DNA from: Patescibacteria group bacterium
Lineage (GTDB): Bacteria > Patescibacteriota > Microgenomatia > CAYGWK01
DNA: 64,000 nt
Assembly: GCA_049322615.1 (NCBI GenBank)
Contig: JBMORX010000009.1
Location: forward strand, 130,321 to 194,320
Direction: 5' to 3'
Part shown: one piece after another, positions 8,972-19,260 of the stretch
Layout of the letters: every line of letters starts with the position of its first letter
Numbering within the stretch: the stretch's first letter is position 1
Translations under genes and position numbers: made by a program
The notes under the pieces: model-generated
Seen by the model: the letters and a program-made list of their open reading frames with translations, nothing else
What the model was told of the DNA's origin: nothing
Database searches by the model: none

Positions 8972-9130
8972 CGCTTTCCTCTCCTTTGTTAGAATACTGC
9001 CTTTTGCTTCCACCCCAAAGCAAGGGGACGTTTGACGTCCCAAGGGCAGCGGAGAAAAGCCGAAGGTAACCACCGTCTCCCTCGGCCCCTCCCTGCTGCC
9101 CTCTTGGAGTGGAAATTTTAACCTTCCAGA

Positions 9131-9143
9131 TTGTTAAAGAGCG
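9131..9143 (-). promoter_or_regulatory. boxA-like antitermination motif
   Basis: CGCTCTTTAACAA on the minus strand (rrn boxA consensus TGCTCTTTAACA), preceded by hairpin GTCGCTTTCC..GGAAAGCAGAC. Confidence 0.5.
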
Positions 9144-9171
9144 TCTGCTTTCCGCTTATGGAAAGCGACTC

Positions 9172-9235
9172 AAAAAAAATCCCGCCATTTGGCGGGGCTA
9201 AAAAATTAAAAAAATAACCACCTTTCGGTGGTTTG
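9172..9235 (-). terminator. Two tandem intrinsic terminator-like hairpins in the uraA leader
   Basis: AACCACCGAAAGGTGGTT plus T-run, and CCCGCCAAATGGCGGG plus T-run, both on the minus strand. Confidence 0.65.
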
Positions 9236-9342
9236 CTAATTGCTTAAATAACAGTTGTCGAACTTTATGTCTGCCCATATTGTTCTAAAAAAACCAGAGT
9301 TTTTTCCTTCGATAAACTCGGGATAAATGGCTCTGGGATTAT

Positions 9343-9372
9343 ACTATAAATGATTTTCACAAGAGTTGTCAA
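9343..9372 (-). promoter_or_regulatory. Sigma70-type promoter pointing toward uraA
   Basis: TTGACA-18 nt-TATAGT on the minus strand. Confidence 0.5.
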
Positions 9373-9590
9373 GGGGCAATTTTGTAAACAAATTGCCCCG
9401 CCGACCCCGCGTATAGCGGCGTTGCCGCCACGCGGCTTTACGCCGTTCAAATCGCTCCTCGAGCCGTATACGAATAGTATTGAAAAGGCGAGAGGGAAAA
9501 TTATCGGGGTCAAGCCCCAGTTTCAAAGCTAGCCTTACGACAAAATCTGGGATATCCATAAATTTGTCGTAGACAATCTTTTGGAGGGAT

Positions 9591-12500
9591 TCAAGAAAAG
9601 AGAAGCTTTTTTATCTTTTCCTCCAATTCTTTAGTAAACTCCACCCCAAAAGTCAAAACCAACCTTCGTGATCCTCCGTTTTGTTCAAAGACTAAAACCC
9701 CTTTTTTCTTCCCCGGACTTGCCTTAAGTAATTTATTAAGCTCGACCAAAATTTGCGGTTTAGTTCCTTTAGGAATCTTAATGGAAAAATCAAAGCTTGG
9801 TTTTTGCTGAGCAGCCACACTCAGGGGAACAGCATTCTCCACAATCAAAGAAAGCTCTTCCTCTCTTGTTTCAATACGACCGTCAACTAAAACTACCTGA
9901 TCGCGAATCCAACAAGAACGGGTTATAGTGAAGATTTTTGGAAAGACAACTGCCTCAACTTTGCCAGTTTCATCTTCTAAGGTAGCAAAAGCCATCTCAG
10001 AAGCACCGTTTTTCGTCAAGACAATTCTTATTGAGGAGACAATTCCCCCAACCCTTACTCGTTCAACCGTCTCCACCTCTCCTCCTAGTTCATAAAGTTT
10101 ATGAGAAACCTCGCTTGAGAGAATCGAAAGAACCGGAGCCAGAGGATGTTCAGTCAAATAAAAGCCTAAAAGATCTCGTTCAAGGGATAAAAGTTCACTC
10201 CGGGAGAATTCTTCAATCTCGGGCAAATCATCCAAGGCAGCCTTTTTTTCACCTTCCTCAAACAAGCCAACCTGACCTCCCGCTTTTTGTTTTTGCTCAA
10301 CTTCGCCTTTGGCGCGGATACGATCTAAACCAGCCAGCATGGCGGCTCGTGAACCAAAACAGTCCATTGCTCCAGCTTTAATTAGGGATTCTAAGACTTT
10401 TTTGTTAACTTTCTGGGGATCAGCTCTTTGACAAAAATCAGATAAAGAAGTAAAACTTCCTCCAAGTTCTCGGGCTTTAATTATCGCCTCAATGGCTGCC
10501 TCTCCAACATTTTTAATTGCCGACAGCCCAAAACGAATTGCCCCTTGCTCGATTGAAAAACCAACCCCCGAAGTATTAATTTCAGGTTTCAGGACTAAGA
10601 TTCCCATTCTCCGACATTCCTCAACCCCCAAAGCCACCTTATCAGTATTTCCTGATTCAGCCGTCAGTAAAGCCGCCATAAATTCAACTGGATAATTTGC
10701 TTTCAACCAGGCAGTTTGATAGGCAATCATCGCATAGGAAGTTGAATGGGCTTTATTAAAACCATAACCAACAAATCGTTCAACAAGAGAAAAAATTTTT
10801 TCTGCTTGGTCTTTTTTATAACCTTTCTCTTGAGCCTTGCGAATAAATTTTTCTTTTTCTTTCTCCATCAAAACTTTTTTCTTTTTGCCAATTGCTCTTC
10901 GCAAGCCATCGGCTTCGCCCCAGGTATAACCAGCAATCGAAACAGCAATCTGAAGACATTGTTCTTGATAAACAGCAATTCCGTAGGTCTCCGAAAGTAT
11001 TGGTTTTAAGTCAGGATGAGGATAACGAACTTTGGAAGGATTATTTTTGCCTAAAATAAACTCGTTAATCCATTCCATTGGTCCGGGACGATATAAGGCG
11101 ACCATCGCGGCAATATCAGAAAAACGCGTTGGTCTAAGTTTTTGGGCTAACCTTCTCATTCCCCCTGATTCAAGCTGAAAAACTCCAGTTGTCTCACCCC
11201 GGGTAATCATTTCATAAACTTTTCGATCATCAAGGGGAATCTCGGAGATATCTATTTCTTTTCCTTTGGTGGCTAAAACATATTCGGCGCTCTTTCCCAA
11301 AATCGTCAAATTCCGTAATCCCAAAAAATCCATTTTCAAAAGACCAATAGCATGCTCGGAGATATTAAGATCTAAAGCATACATATCATATTGGGTAATA
11401 ATTTTTTCCTTTTTGCTATCCCACTGGAGGGGGACATAGTCTGTAAGCTGCCGGTCGGCAATAACCACCCCGGCGGCATGGGTCGAGGCTTGACGGGTAA
11501 CTCCCTCAAGTTTTGAAGCCAAATCTAAGATCTTTTTGGTTTCTTCTTCATTTTCATAAGCGTTCCTAAGTTCTGGATTGGAGGCTAAAGCACTTAAGAT
11601 GGTTGTTTCAAAACCCTGGGCTCCAAAAGGAATCATTTTGGCAATTCGGTCTCCAGTGGAATAAGGATAACCTAAAACCCGCGCCACGTCCCGAACCGCC
11701 ATTCTTGCTTCCATTGTCCCGAAAGTGATAATTTGGGCAACCTTGTCCTTACCGTATTTTTGGGTAACATAGGCAATTACCTCGTCCCGCCGGTCATCGG
11801 CAAAGTCAAGATCGATGTCCGCCGGAGTCGGTCTTTGGGGATTTAAAAATCGCTCAAAAGGAAGATTGTGCTCTAGAGGGTTAATTGAGGTAATCCGCAA
11901 AACATAAGAGACAAGTGAGCCCGCCACCGATCCTCTTCCTGGTCCAACCCGAATTCCTTGCTGTTTTGCCCAGTTGGCAAAATCTGAAACAATTAAAAAA
12001 TAAGTAGCAAATCCCTTTTTGCAGATAATCTCCAGTTCGTACTCAAGCCTATCTTTTATTTCTTTGCTAATTTTAGGAAAGCGACGAGGAGCTTCTCCAA
12101 AAACCATTTTTCTAAGCAAACTTTCGGCTGTCTCCCCTTGAGGTAGGGGATAATGGGGTAAAATCCACTTCCCTGTTTCTATTTCAAGGCTACATTTTTG
12201 GGAAATTTTCTGGGTATTCTCCAAAGCATCAGGAAACTCTCGAAAAAGTTCTTCCATTTCTTTTCCTCCCCGAAGATAAAAATCAGGCGAGTCTATCATC
12301 GTCAGCCTGTCTTTATCGGTAATTTTTTTCTGGGTCTGAATTGCCAGAAGAGCATCTTGGGCAACGGCATCCTCAGGGGCAACATAATGAACATCATTGG
12401 TAGCAACAAGGGGAATCCCCAATTTTCGGGAAAGCTTTGCCAATTCTTTATTTACCCTCTCTTGATCAGCAATCTTGGGGTGAGCCTGAAGTTCAAGATA

Positions 12501-13010
12501 AAAATCTTCAGCAAAAATTTCCCAATATTGCCTAAGTCGCTTTTCTGCGTCTTCTCTCCTACCCTGTCTTAAGAAAGCAGGGATTTCTCCCTCAAGACAA
12601 GCCGAAAGAACAATCAACCCGCTTGAGTTTTCTTTTAAAATCTCAAAATCAATTCTTGGTTTATAATAAAAACCCTCAAGATGGGCTAAAGTTACCAGTT
12701 TAATTAGGTTTTTATAGCCTTCATCGTTTTTTGCCAGAAGGATAAGATGATACTGATCAGCATCTACCTTTGGTTGCTTGTCAAATCTTGACCTTTGAGC
12801 CACATAAGCCTCAACGCCAATAATTGGCTTTATTTCCGCTTCCCGACAGGCAAGATAAAAAGGAATTACTCCATACATTGCCCCATGGTCAGTAATCGCC
12901 AAAGCCTCCATTCCCAACTCTTTTGCCCGCGAAACCAGAACAGGAATTTTACAAAGACCGTCTAAGAGCGAATATTCTGTATGAACATGAAGATGGGTAA
13001 ATTTAGCCAT
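9591..13010 (-). CDS. dnaE: DNA polymerase III alpha subunit
   Basis: FTHLHVHTEYSLLDG PHP domain, GPGRGS, DIDLDF, YGFNKAHS, OB fold; start set at MAKF (13010). Confidence 0.98.
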   Translation of the reverse strand: MAKFTHLHVHTEYSLLDGLCKIPVLVSRAKELGMEALAITDHGAMYGVIPFYLACREAEIKPIIGVEAYVAQRSRFDKQPKVDADQYHLILLAKNDEGYKNLIKLVTLAHLEGFYYKPRIDFEILKENSSGLIVLSACLEGEIPAFLRQGRREDAEKRLRQYWEIFAEDFYLELQAHPKIADQERVNKELAKLSRKLGIPLVATNDVHYVAPEDAVAQDALLAIQTQKKITDKDRLTMIDSPDFYLRGGKEMEELFREFPDALENTQKISQKCSLEIETGKWILPHYPLPQGETAESLLRKMVFGEAPRRFPKISKEIKDRLEYELEIICKKGFATYFLIVSDFANWAKQQGIRVGPGRGSVAGSLVSYVLRITSINPLEHNLPFERFLNPQRPTPADIDLDFADDRRDEVIAYVTQKYGKDKVAQIITFGTMEARMAVRDVARVLGYPYSTGDRIAKMIPFGAQGFETTILSALASNPELRNAYENEEETKKILDLASKLEGVTRQASTHAAGVVIADRQLTDYVPLQWDSKKEKIITQYDMYALDLNISEHAIGLLKMDFLGLRNLTILGKSAEYVLATKGKEIDISEIPLDDRKVYEMITRGETTGVFQLESGGMRRLAQKLRPTRFSDIAAMVALYRPGPMEWINEFILGKNNPSKVRYPHPDLKPILSETYGIAVYQEQCLQIAVSIAGYTWGEADGLRRAIGKKKKVLMEKEKEKFIRKAQEKGYKKDQAEKIFSLVERFVGYGFNKAHSTSYAMIAYQTAWLKANYPVEFMAALLTAESGNTDKVALGVEECRRMGILVLKPEINTSGVGFSIEQGAIRFGLSAIKNVGEAAIEAIIKARELGGSFTSLSDFCQRADPQKVNKKVLESLIKAGAMDCFGSRAAMLAGLDRIRAKGEVEQKQKAGGQVGLFEEGEKKAALDDLPEIEEFSRSELLSLERDLLGFYLTEHPLAPVLSILSSEVSHKLYELGGEVETVERVRVGGIVSSIRIVLTKNGASEMAFATLEDETGKVEAVVFPKIFTITRSCWIRDQVVLVDGRIETREEELSLIVENAVPLSVAAQQKPSFDFSIKIPKGTKPQILVELNKLLKASPGKKKGVLVFEQNGGSRRLVLTFGVEFTKELEEKIKKLLFS

Positions 13011-13686
13011 TTTTTCTTCCTCTTTTTTTATTGGCTCTTTCCGCCTCACTGGCTTTTTTCTTTAAGACATCATAAGCAGCTTTTGCCTTGGTGTCCAGGT
13101 TTAAATCGCTTTGAGATTTAATCCGGACAATCTCCGGGTCAGCGGTTGAAGAAACTCCCACACTAAATTGAATCCAGTCCGTTTTTTTCTCTCCTTTGTG
13201 ACTAAAGACAAAAGCAATGTCTATATCTTGAAGATCAGCAGCGATTTTTTCTGCTTCCTCTTTGTCAACGCCACAAAGAACTAAGCCAAATTCATCACCT
13301 CGGTCGAATGAGCGAAAAGCGAAAAAAGGTTCTCCAAGTCCTTGGGTAGGATAGTTCCTTCTTTTAAGAAGCTCGATAATATCCTGACGAATAAATTTTC
13401 CAAATCTTCTTATGGCTTCATTACCAACATTGTGGGAATAATCATTGAATCGGCTTAATCTATCCAAATCCATCAAGATTAGACTCACGGCGAGTGGCTG
13501 AGTTGATTCAATAAAATAAGACCCTATAATCTGTTGAGCTTTATGTTTAGCTGCTTCTTCTTTGTAGAAACCAGTTAGTTCGTCAAAAGCGAGCACTCTT
13601 TTTAATTCTGCATTTTCTTGCCGAAGCCTTTGATTTTCCTCCAAAAGTTCCTGATAAGATGGTGTTTCTGGATTACTCTCGTTCAT
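13003..13686 (-). CDS. Coiled-coil plus variant GGDEF domain protein
   Basis: D.LTG, DLD...FND..H..G, RGDEF, SVGV; overlaps the dnaE start. Confidence 0.75.
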   Translation of the reverse strand: MNESNPETPSYQELLEENQRLRQENAELKRVLAFDELTGFYKEEAAKHKAQQIIGSYFIESTQPLAVSLILMDLDRLSRFNDYSHNVGNEAIRRFGKFIRQDIIELLKRRNYPTQGLGEPFFAFRSFDRGDEFGLVLCGVDKEEAEKIAADLQDIDIAFVFSHKGEKKTDWIQFSVGVSSTADPEIVRIKSQSDLNLDTKAKAAYDVLKKKASEAERANKKRGRKNG

Positions 13687-13730
13687 ACCTACCCCTTTCA
13701 ATAATAACTTTTTTCACCGAAGTTTTTCAA

Positions 13731-13870
13731 GTCCCGATTTTATCGGGACGCAGGCCCACCATAAATCGCAGCACGAGGCGTGTATGAATAATACTGACCT
13801 ACCCGCAATGCTACGCATAGCGTTGCAGGCGGGAAAGCCGAGTGCTAAGAAGTGGTGGGTCAAGTCCCGA
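13731..13870. repeat. Composite of nested REP-like palindromes
   Basis: GTCCCGATTTTATCGGGAC; CCCACCA..TGGTGGG; CCCGCAATGCTACGCATAGCGTTGCAGGCGGG (related copy at 63501-63530). Confidence 0.6.
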
Positions 13871-13906
13871 AAAAATCCAGAAAAGACCGCCGGTCCTTTT
13901 TCGTGG

Positions 13907-14140
13907 TCAAATTGGGGAGACTTTCTCAAGGGTGGAGATTCTTTCTTCGTGACCTGAAACACGGTGGGAAAGAACTGTTTGTTCCTCCCTTGATTTGAGG
14001 ATTTCTCCAAGTATCTTATCTAGTCTGCTAAGTAACTCACTTCTATAATTGGCAAAATCCTCTTTAGTGGCAAAAACATCTCGCAATCTTTCTTCCAGGT
14101 AATCAATGTCTGCTTCAGTGAGGAATCTTCCTTTTGGCAT
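13907..14140 (-). CDS. Small coiled-coil hypothetical protein
   Basis: 77 aa, FATKEDF and HEERISTLEK heptad-type pattern, ATG start. Confidence 0.6.
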   Translation of the reverse strand: MPKGRFLTEADIDYLEERLRDVFATKEDFANYRSELLSRLDKILGEILKSREEQTVLSHRVSGHEERISTLEKVSPI

Positions 14141-14172
14141 AGTTTGATTAAATCAAAGAGGGATAATTTCTG

Positions 14173-15519
14173 TCAAGTCCTATTTTTTAATGCTTTAAGA
14201 AGAAGTTGACGCGTTTGATTTGGATCTGCTTTTCCTTTTGTTTCTCTAGCGACCTGACCGACCAAAAACTCCAAAGCCTGGACTTTGCCTTTTCTAAAGT
14301 CTTCAACTGCCCTCTGATTTTCCTCTAACACTTTACCAACAATTTTTTCTAATTCTTTTTCTGCTATCGTTGGGGCTTTCGCCAAAACTTTAATTTGTTT
14401 CACTAATTCTTCTGGCTTTATCCGACTAATGTCCACTCTTTTATTAACAATCCAATTAGCAATGTTTTTCGCATCTTCTACTTCCCACTTCGCCCTTTCC
14501 ACTCCCCACTTTCTGAGTGCTTCCTCGTAAAAGTCAGCAGTTTCTTTAGTTTCGACTAAAATCTTTGCCTGGTACTCTGAAAGTCCGTATTGTTTGATGA
14601 ATCTAGTAAGTTTCTTATCAGGTAATTCAGGAAGTTTTTCTCTTAATATCTTAATATCTTCATCTCTTAATCTCATTGGTGGTAAATCTGGTTCAGGAAA
14701 ATATCGATAATCAGCCGCTTCTTCTTTTTCTCTTTGTAAAACAGTTTCCTGCTTTACTTCATCCCAGCCTCTAGTTGTTTTGTTACCAGGCTGTTTTTCT
14801 CTACCAGTTTTTTCAAACTCCCCAAGTTGGCGTCGAATTTCATAATCTATAGCCTTTTGAACAAAACGAAAAGAGTTAATATTCTTCAACTCAACCAGAG
14901 GGGTATAAACGATTTTGCCATTTTTTTCAATCTTTAAATTAACTGTTGGTTCGCAACGCATCTGCCCCTTTTCCATATCTGCTTCAGAAACCCCTAAATA
15001 GCGAACGATTTGTTGGAGTTTTTCCAAAAATGCCTTGGCTTCCTCCGCCGAAGAAATATCCGGCTCAGTTACAATTTCCATCAGTGGCACCCCAGATCTG
15101 TTAAAATCTATCAGAGTGGATCCAGCCTCATGAATTAACTTCCCCGTGTCTTCTTCCAAATGAACCCTTCTTATCCGGAGCCATTTGACATTTGAAATTT
15201 GAAATTTGCCATTACGCGCCAAAGGCGCGTCATATTGGCTAATCTGGTACCCTTTAACCAAATCAGGATAAAAGTAATTTTTCCGGTCGAATTTGGAAAA
15301 GCCAGAAATCTGACAATTCAAAGCCAACCCAGTTAAAATCGTCCACTCAATCGCGGTTTTATTTGCCACCGGCAGTGCCCCAGGCAATCCCAAACAGACA
15401 GGGCAAGTTTGGGTATTCGGCTCAGCCTGAAAATGTTCTGCTTTGCAAGAGCAAAACATCTTGCTTTCAGTCTTAAGCTCAATGTGAACCTCAAGTCCTA
15501 TTATAGGCGTATATCTCAT
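14173..15519 (-). CDS. gatB: Asp/Glu-tRNA amidotransferase subunit B
   Basis: [35 protein letters not shown]. Confidence 0.98.
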   Translation of the reverse strand: MRYTPIIGLEVHIELKTESKMFCSCKAEHFQAEPNTQTCPVCLGLPGALPVANKTAIEWTILTGLALNCQISGFSKFDRKNYFYPDLVKGYQISQYDAPLARNGKFQISNVKWLRIRRVHLEEDTGKLIHEAGSTLIDFNRSGVPLMEIVTEPDISSAEEAKAFLEKLQQIVRYLGVSEADMEKGQMRCEPTVNLKIEKNGKIVYTPLVELKNINSFRFVQKAIDYEIRRQLGEFEKTGREKQPGNKTTRGWDEVKQETVLQREKEEAADYRYFPEPDLPPMRLRDEDIKILREKLPELPDKKLTRFIKQYGLSEYQAKILVETKETADFYEEALRKWGVERAKWEVEDAKNIANWIVNKRVDISRIKPEELVKQIKVLAKAPTIAEKELEKIVGKVLEENQRAVEDFRKGKVQALEFLVGQVARETKGKADPNQTRQLLLKALKNRT

Positions 15520-16723
15520 ATGACTCCCTTAAAGAATAAATCCAGACTGCACCGATTATAATGGCAATTATTCCTAACATAAAATTCACTCCTAGGACAT
15601 CGGTGATAGTGGCTGTCAAAAGAATGGGCAAAATTGAGGCGAGGGTGATGGCAAATCCCAAAACTCCAAAAACTCGTCCACGTTTATCTTCTGGGGTTTT
15701 TTCCTGAAGAAGAGTCTGAACTGGAATGATGATTGAGACAAAACTTATTCCGAGCAAAAAGGCAGTCCCTAATGCCACCAAAATCCGCAAATTACCCAAA
15801 AATGGCACAATTGTGGCTATGGAAAGAAGCGAGACGGCAGAAAGAAAAAGACCGAAAGAAATAATTCTTTTCTTGCGAACCTTTCTTCTTAAAAGTGTGG
15901 TTATCCCTAAGGCTCCAGTTATCGCCCCAAAACCAGCAGGCAAAATCAAAATTGGTCCGGCATCCAAAAGATTGATCGATAAAACTTCAGTCGCCAATGA
16001 TGGAGACAAAACGGCAATAATCCCAACAATCACTTGAGAAAAAACAAGAAGCAACAAGGGGAAAAGAATCATTGGTTGGCTTTTAATAAAAAGATATCCC
16101 TCTTTAACTCTCAATAAGAAATCTTGAATATCCCCAATCTTTTTCTTGCTTTCCTCTTTTGGTAAATTAGAAACAAGAAGTGAGGCAAAGATTAACAAAG
16201 AGAAACCGAGGATAAATGGTGCCTCTCTGCCAATTAATCTCACCACCGGTCCAGATAGTCCAAACCCAAGCAAAAATGCTCCATAGACAGTAAAAAGAAA
16301 AAGTGAATTGGCTACTGGAAGCAAATTTCTAGGAACAACCCACGGCAGAGTTGAGGCTTCAGCCGGGATATAAAGTTGATTGACTAAAGAGTAAAAGAAG
16401 ACAACCGAATAAATTGGCCAAAGTTTGTGTTTAACCAAAAGATAGCAAAGAACGATTAAAGCCTCAAAAAAGGTAGTCAGCATTAAAACTTTTCTTTTTT
16501 GAAAAAGGTCAACCACTGTTCCCGAAAACGGACCAAGTAAAATTGCTGGGATGGCGTAAAAAATCCAAACCAAAGAAACAGCCACCGTTGAATGAGTTGC
16601 CTCAAAAATTCGCAAAATTATGACAAAGTTGATAAGGGTTAGGGTTGTTTGAGAAAAAATTTGCGACCCCCAGATTTTTTGGAAATTCTTAATTTTTAAG
16701 ACCTCAAGAAATGGATTTTTCAT
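15491..16723 (-). CDS. MFS transporter (H+ antiporter/EntS-like)
   Basis: About 12 hydrophobic segments; G..VD....RK motif A; LQ..TPED.RGRVFG. Confidence 0.9.
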   Translation of the reverse strand: MKNPFLEVLKIKNFQKIWGSQIFSQTTLTLINFVIILRIFEATHSTVAVSLVWIFYAIPAILLGPFSGTVVDLFQKRKVLMLTTFFEALIVLCYLLVKHKLWPIYSVVFFYSLVNQLYIPAEASTLPWVVPRNLLPVANSLFLFTVYGAFLLGFGLSGPVVRLIGREAPFILGFSLLIFASLLVSNLPKEESKKKIGDIQDFLLRVKEGYLFIKSQPMILFPLLLLVFSQVIVGIIAVLSPSLATEVLSINLLDAGPILILPAGFGAITGALGITTLLRRKVRKKRIISFGLFLSAVSLLSIATIVPFLGNLRILVALGTAFLLGISFVSIIIPVQTLLQEKTPEDKRGRVFGVLGFAITLASILPILLTATITDVLGVNFMLGIIAIIIGAVWIYSLRESYEIYAYNRT

Positions 16724-16734
16724 AGTTTAATTAA

Positions 16735-18168
16735 TTAAAGTGGTGGTCTTCTTTTGTGCCATTTGGTCTCTTGTTCATAAGCATAGCCTACTTGAAATAA
16801 AAGTTCTTCAGAAAACTGCGGTCCTAGGATTTGGATACCCACTGGCAGCGAGCCTGTCGAGCTGTCAATAAACCCGGCAGGGATGGCAAGCCCGGGAATT
16901 CCCGCTAAATTGGCGGTTACCGTAAAAATATCCGAAAGATACATCTGGAGCGGATCATCAACTTTTTCTCCCAATTTAAATGGCGGCGTTGGCGAAACCG
17001 GAGCCAGCAAAACATCAACTTTTTTAAACGCTTCATCAAAGTCTTTTTTAATTAAAGTCCGAACCTGCATTGCTTTCAGATAATAAGCTTCATAGTATCC
17101 AGCCGACAGGGCATAAGTCCCAAGCATGATTCTCCGTTTCGCCTCATCACCAAAACTTTCTCTTGAAAAACCATACCTTATTCCATCATACCTGGCTAAA
17201 TTTGAACTGGTTTCGCTTGGGGCGATTAAATAGTAGGTAGCAATAGCATATTTAGTGTAGGGTAAAGAAACCTTACTGATTTTAGCTCCTGACATTTCTA
17301 GGACTTTAATTGCCTTTTCTACCTTCTCTTTTACCTTCTCATCTACCCCTTCAACAAAATATTCCTTTGGGATACCAATTTTGACGTTCTTAATTCCTTT
17401 TTTAAGAAATTCTGTATATCTTGGGGGGGACAATGTGGAGGAGGTAGAGTCATGCTCGTCTTTGCCAGCGATTGTCTCCAAAACTAATGCGCAATCCTCC
17501 ACTGTTTTTCCCATGGGCCCAACCGTATCTAACGAAGAGGCGTAAGCAATCGCTCCGTACCGAGAAACTCTGCCATAAGTTACTTTTAATCCAACTACTG
17601 AACAAAAAGAAGCCGGAAATCTTATTGAACCACCGGTATCTTCCCCAATCTCAAAAAAACTCATATCCGCGGCAAGCGCCGCCGCCGATCCTCCCGAAGA
17701 TCCACCGGCCACTCTCCCCAAATCCCAGGGATTTTTCGTTGGCCCAAAATCAGAATTTTCCGTTGAACTTCCATGACCCCAAGCATCACAATTCGTTTTT
17801 CCAAGCAAAATCGCCCCAGCATTTAAAAGGCGCTCGTAAACTGTAGCGTTATATTGAGGAATATAATCCTTTAAGATATTGGAGGCCGCCGTAGTTCGAA
17901 TTCCTTTGGTGCAGTAAACATCTTTCATGGAAAAAGGAATCCCCAAAAGAAGAAGACTTTGGACTTTGGACTTTGGACTTTTAATTATTTTATCTGCTTT
18001 CTTTGCCTGTTCCAGTGCTTCTTTTTCACAGACAGTAATAAAGGCATTGATTTTGGGGTCAATCTTCTTTATCCGCTCAAGACAACTCTTCACCAGCTCA
18101 AGGGAAGAAAATTTTTTCTGCCGTAATCCTTCCTGGGCTTCTTTGATTGTCAGTTCGTTGAGATTCAT
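16735..18168 (-). CDS. gatA: Asp/Glu-tRNA amidotransferase subunit A
   Basis: Amidase signature GGSSGGSAAA, DTGGSIR.PA, SSNLARYDG. Confidence 0.98.
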   Translation of the reverse strand: MNLNELTIKEAQEGLRQKKFSSLELVKSCLERIKKIDPKINAFITVCEKEALEQAKKADKIIKSPKSKVQSLLLLGIPFSMKDVYCTKGIRTTAASNILKDYIPQYNATVYERLLNAGAILLGKTNCDAWGHGSSTENSDFGPTKNPWDLGRVAGGSSGGSAAALAADMSFFEIGEDTGGSIRFPASFCSVVGLKVTYGRVSRYGAIAYASSLDTVGPMGKTVEDCALVLETIAGKDEHDSTSSTLSPPRYTEFLKKGIKNVKIGIPKEYFVEGVDEKVKEKVEKAIKVLEMSGAKISKVSLPYTKYAIATYYLIAPSETSSNLARYDGIRYGFSRESFGDEAKRRIMLGTYALSAGYYEAYYLKAMQVRTLIKKDFDEAFKKVDVLLAPVSPTPPFKLGEKVDDPLQMYLSDIFTVTANLAGIPGLAIPAGFIDSSTGSLPVGIQILGPQFSEELLFQVGYAYEQETKWHKRRPPL

Positions 18169-18178
18169 TTTTTCCTAA

Positions 18179-18475
18179 TTACTCAAATATTGCCTTTATT
18201 TTAAACATCCCTTTCTCTTGATTTTTTGCTCCTGACAAGGTTTCTTCTTGAGAAAGACCAGAACCAACTTTATCTTCCCGAAAAACATTCTCCAATCCTG
18301 TCACCTGACTAGTTGGTTCAACTTCAGTTGTCTTAAGCTTTTTTAAAATTTCCACATAATCCAAGACCTCTGAAAGCTGCTTTTGGAACTTCTTCACTTC
18401 TTGAGGAGTAAGAGTCAGTCCGGCAAGTTTGGCGACATGAATTACTTCTTCTTTGGTCAATTTTAAATTAGACAC
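18179..18475 (-). CDS. gatC: Asp/Glu-tRNA amidotransferase subunit C
   Basis: V.HVAKLA.L, VEPT, NVFRED; directly upstream of gatA. Confidence 0.93.
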   Translation of the reverse strand: MSNLKLTKEEVIHVAKLAGLTLTPQEVKKFQKQLSEVLDYVEILKKLKTTEVEPTSQVTGLENVFREDKVGSGLSQEETLSGAKNQEKGMFKIKAIFE

Positions 18476-18751
18476 TTTGACAATTAGTATAATAAAAACC
18501 AGTCAAACTAACAAGAAGACTTTACGGTCAGGAAAGCTTTCATATGTTTAACCTCATTCTGATTCTCAACTATTTGGGCGGCTTCTTCTGAGATCTTAGT
18601 GATAACTTTTTCCCTAGTTTTTAAAGAAGGAGCAAATTGTCCTAATGGCTCCGCGTCGTAATTGTGGCCCAGTTTCTCCACTTCAGGTATTGTAGCTTGC
18701 ACCGAGTCCTTCGAAAAACTCAGGATAAACTTGCCAAAAATGTTTTAATTG

Positions 18752-19216
18752 TTACCTTCTGTGATACACAAAAATTGATGTCCAAGCAGGAAGTTCACGG
18801 AACGAATCTCTGATGCCTTCTGGTTTAGTAAAAGTTGCCCTGAACCTGATGCCGAAAACATCTCTACTGAATTCTATTATATGGTATTTCTCCCAGGGCC
18901 AAGTTTTTGTATCTATCCGTTTTGACTCAACATTCCAGCCCTTCTTGACCAATTTGGTTTCGTAGAAATTAATAACATCTTCTGCTGAATCTTTCGTTTC
19001 AAACCTTATGCTGGCTCCCGGAATGCCGTCTGGAAATCCACTACTAGCCTCAATTTTGTATGAAGAAGCCCCAGGGTATCGAGGAATTGAGCTCGCTACT
19101 AACCAATCAAGTTGGTGCTGAAAGAATACGATGGAAACAAAAAAGCATGTAACAAAAATTAGTCCAAGAAGGAAAACTATTAAAACAAATAGTTTCTTAA
19201 TCATGTTCTTAATCAT
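18752..19216 (-). CDS. Membrane-anchored hypothetical protein
   Basis: N-terminal TM helix; IP.YPGA and V..FY...L...GW motifs. Confidence 0.6.
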   Translation of the reverse strand: MIKNMIKKLFVLIVFLLGLIFVTCFFVSIVFFQHQLDWLVASSIPRYPGASSYKIEASSGFPDGIPGASIRFETKDSAEDVINFYETKLVKKGWNVESKRIDTKTWPWEKYHIIEFSRDVFGIRFRATFTKPEGIRDSFRELPAWTSIFVYHRR

Positions 19217-19260
19217 AGAAACATTAGATTTCCACCTCGGGGGTGGAACAGCCTCGCCAC

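Noticed and set aside
9214-9237. GCAAACCACCGAAAGGTGG resembles the first stem of the c-di-GMP-I (GEMM) riboswitch
   Set aside because: Lacks the following GACGCAAAG segment and second stem; it runs straight into a T tract, so a terminator is more likely
8972-9372. PyrR-dependent attenuator upstream of uraA
   Set aside because: No ARUCCNGNGAGGYU-type binding loop seen and no pyrR gene in the window
9344-9559. 71-aa ORF downstream of dnaE
   Set aside because: Overlaps palindromes and the predicted promoter; no motif, so it cannot be supported
13714-14010. 98-aa ORF containing PACNAMRSIAGR
   Set aside because: Reads through a stack of REP palindromes and overlaps a better ORF; likely spurious
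18508-18702. 64-aa ORF upstream of gatC
   Set aside because: No recognisable motif or SD; may be a gene remnant next to a REP
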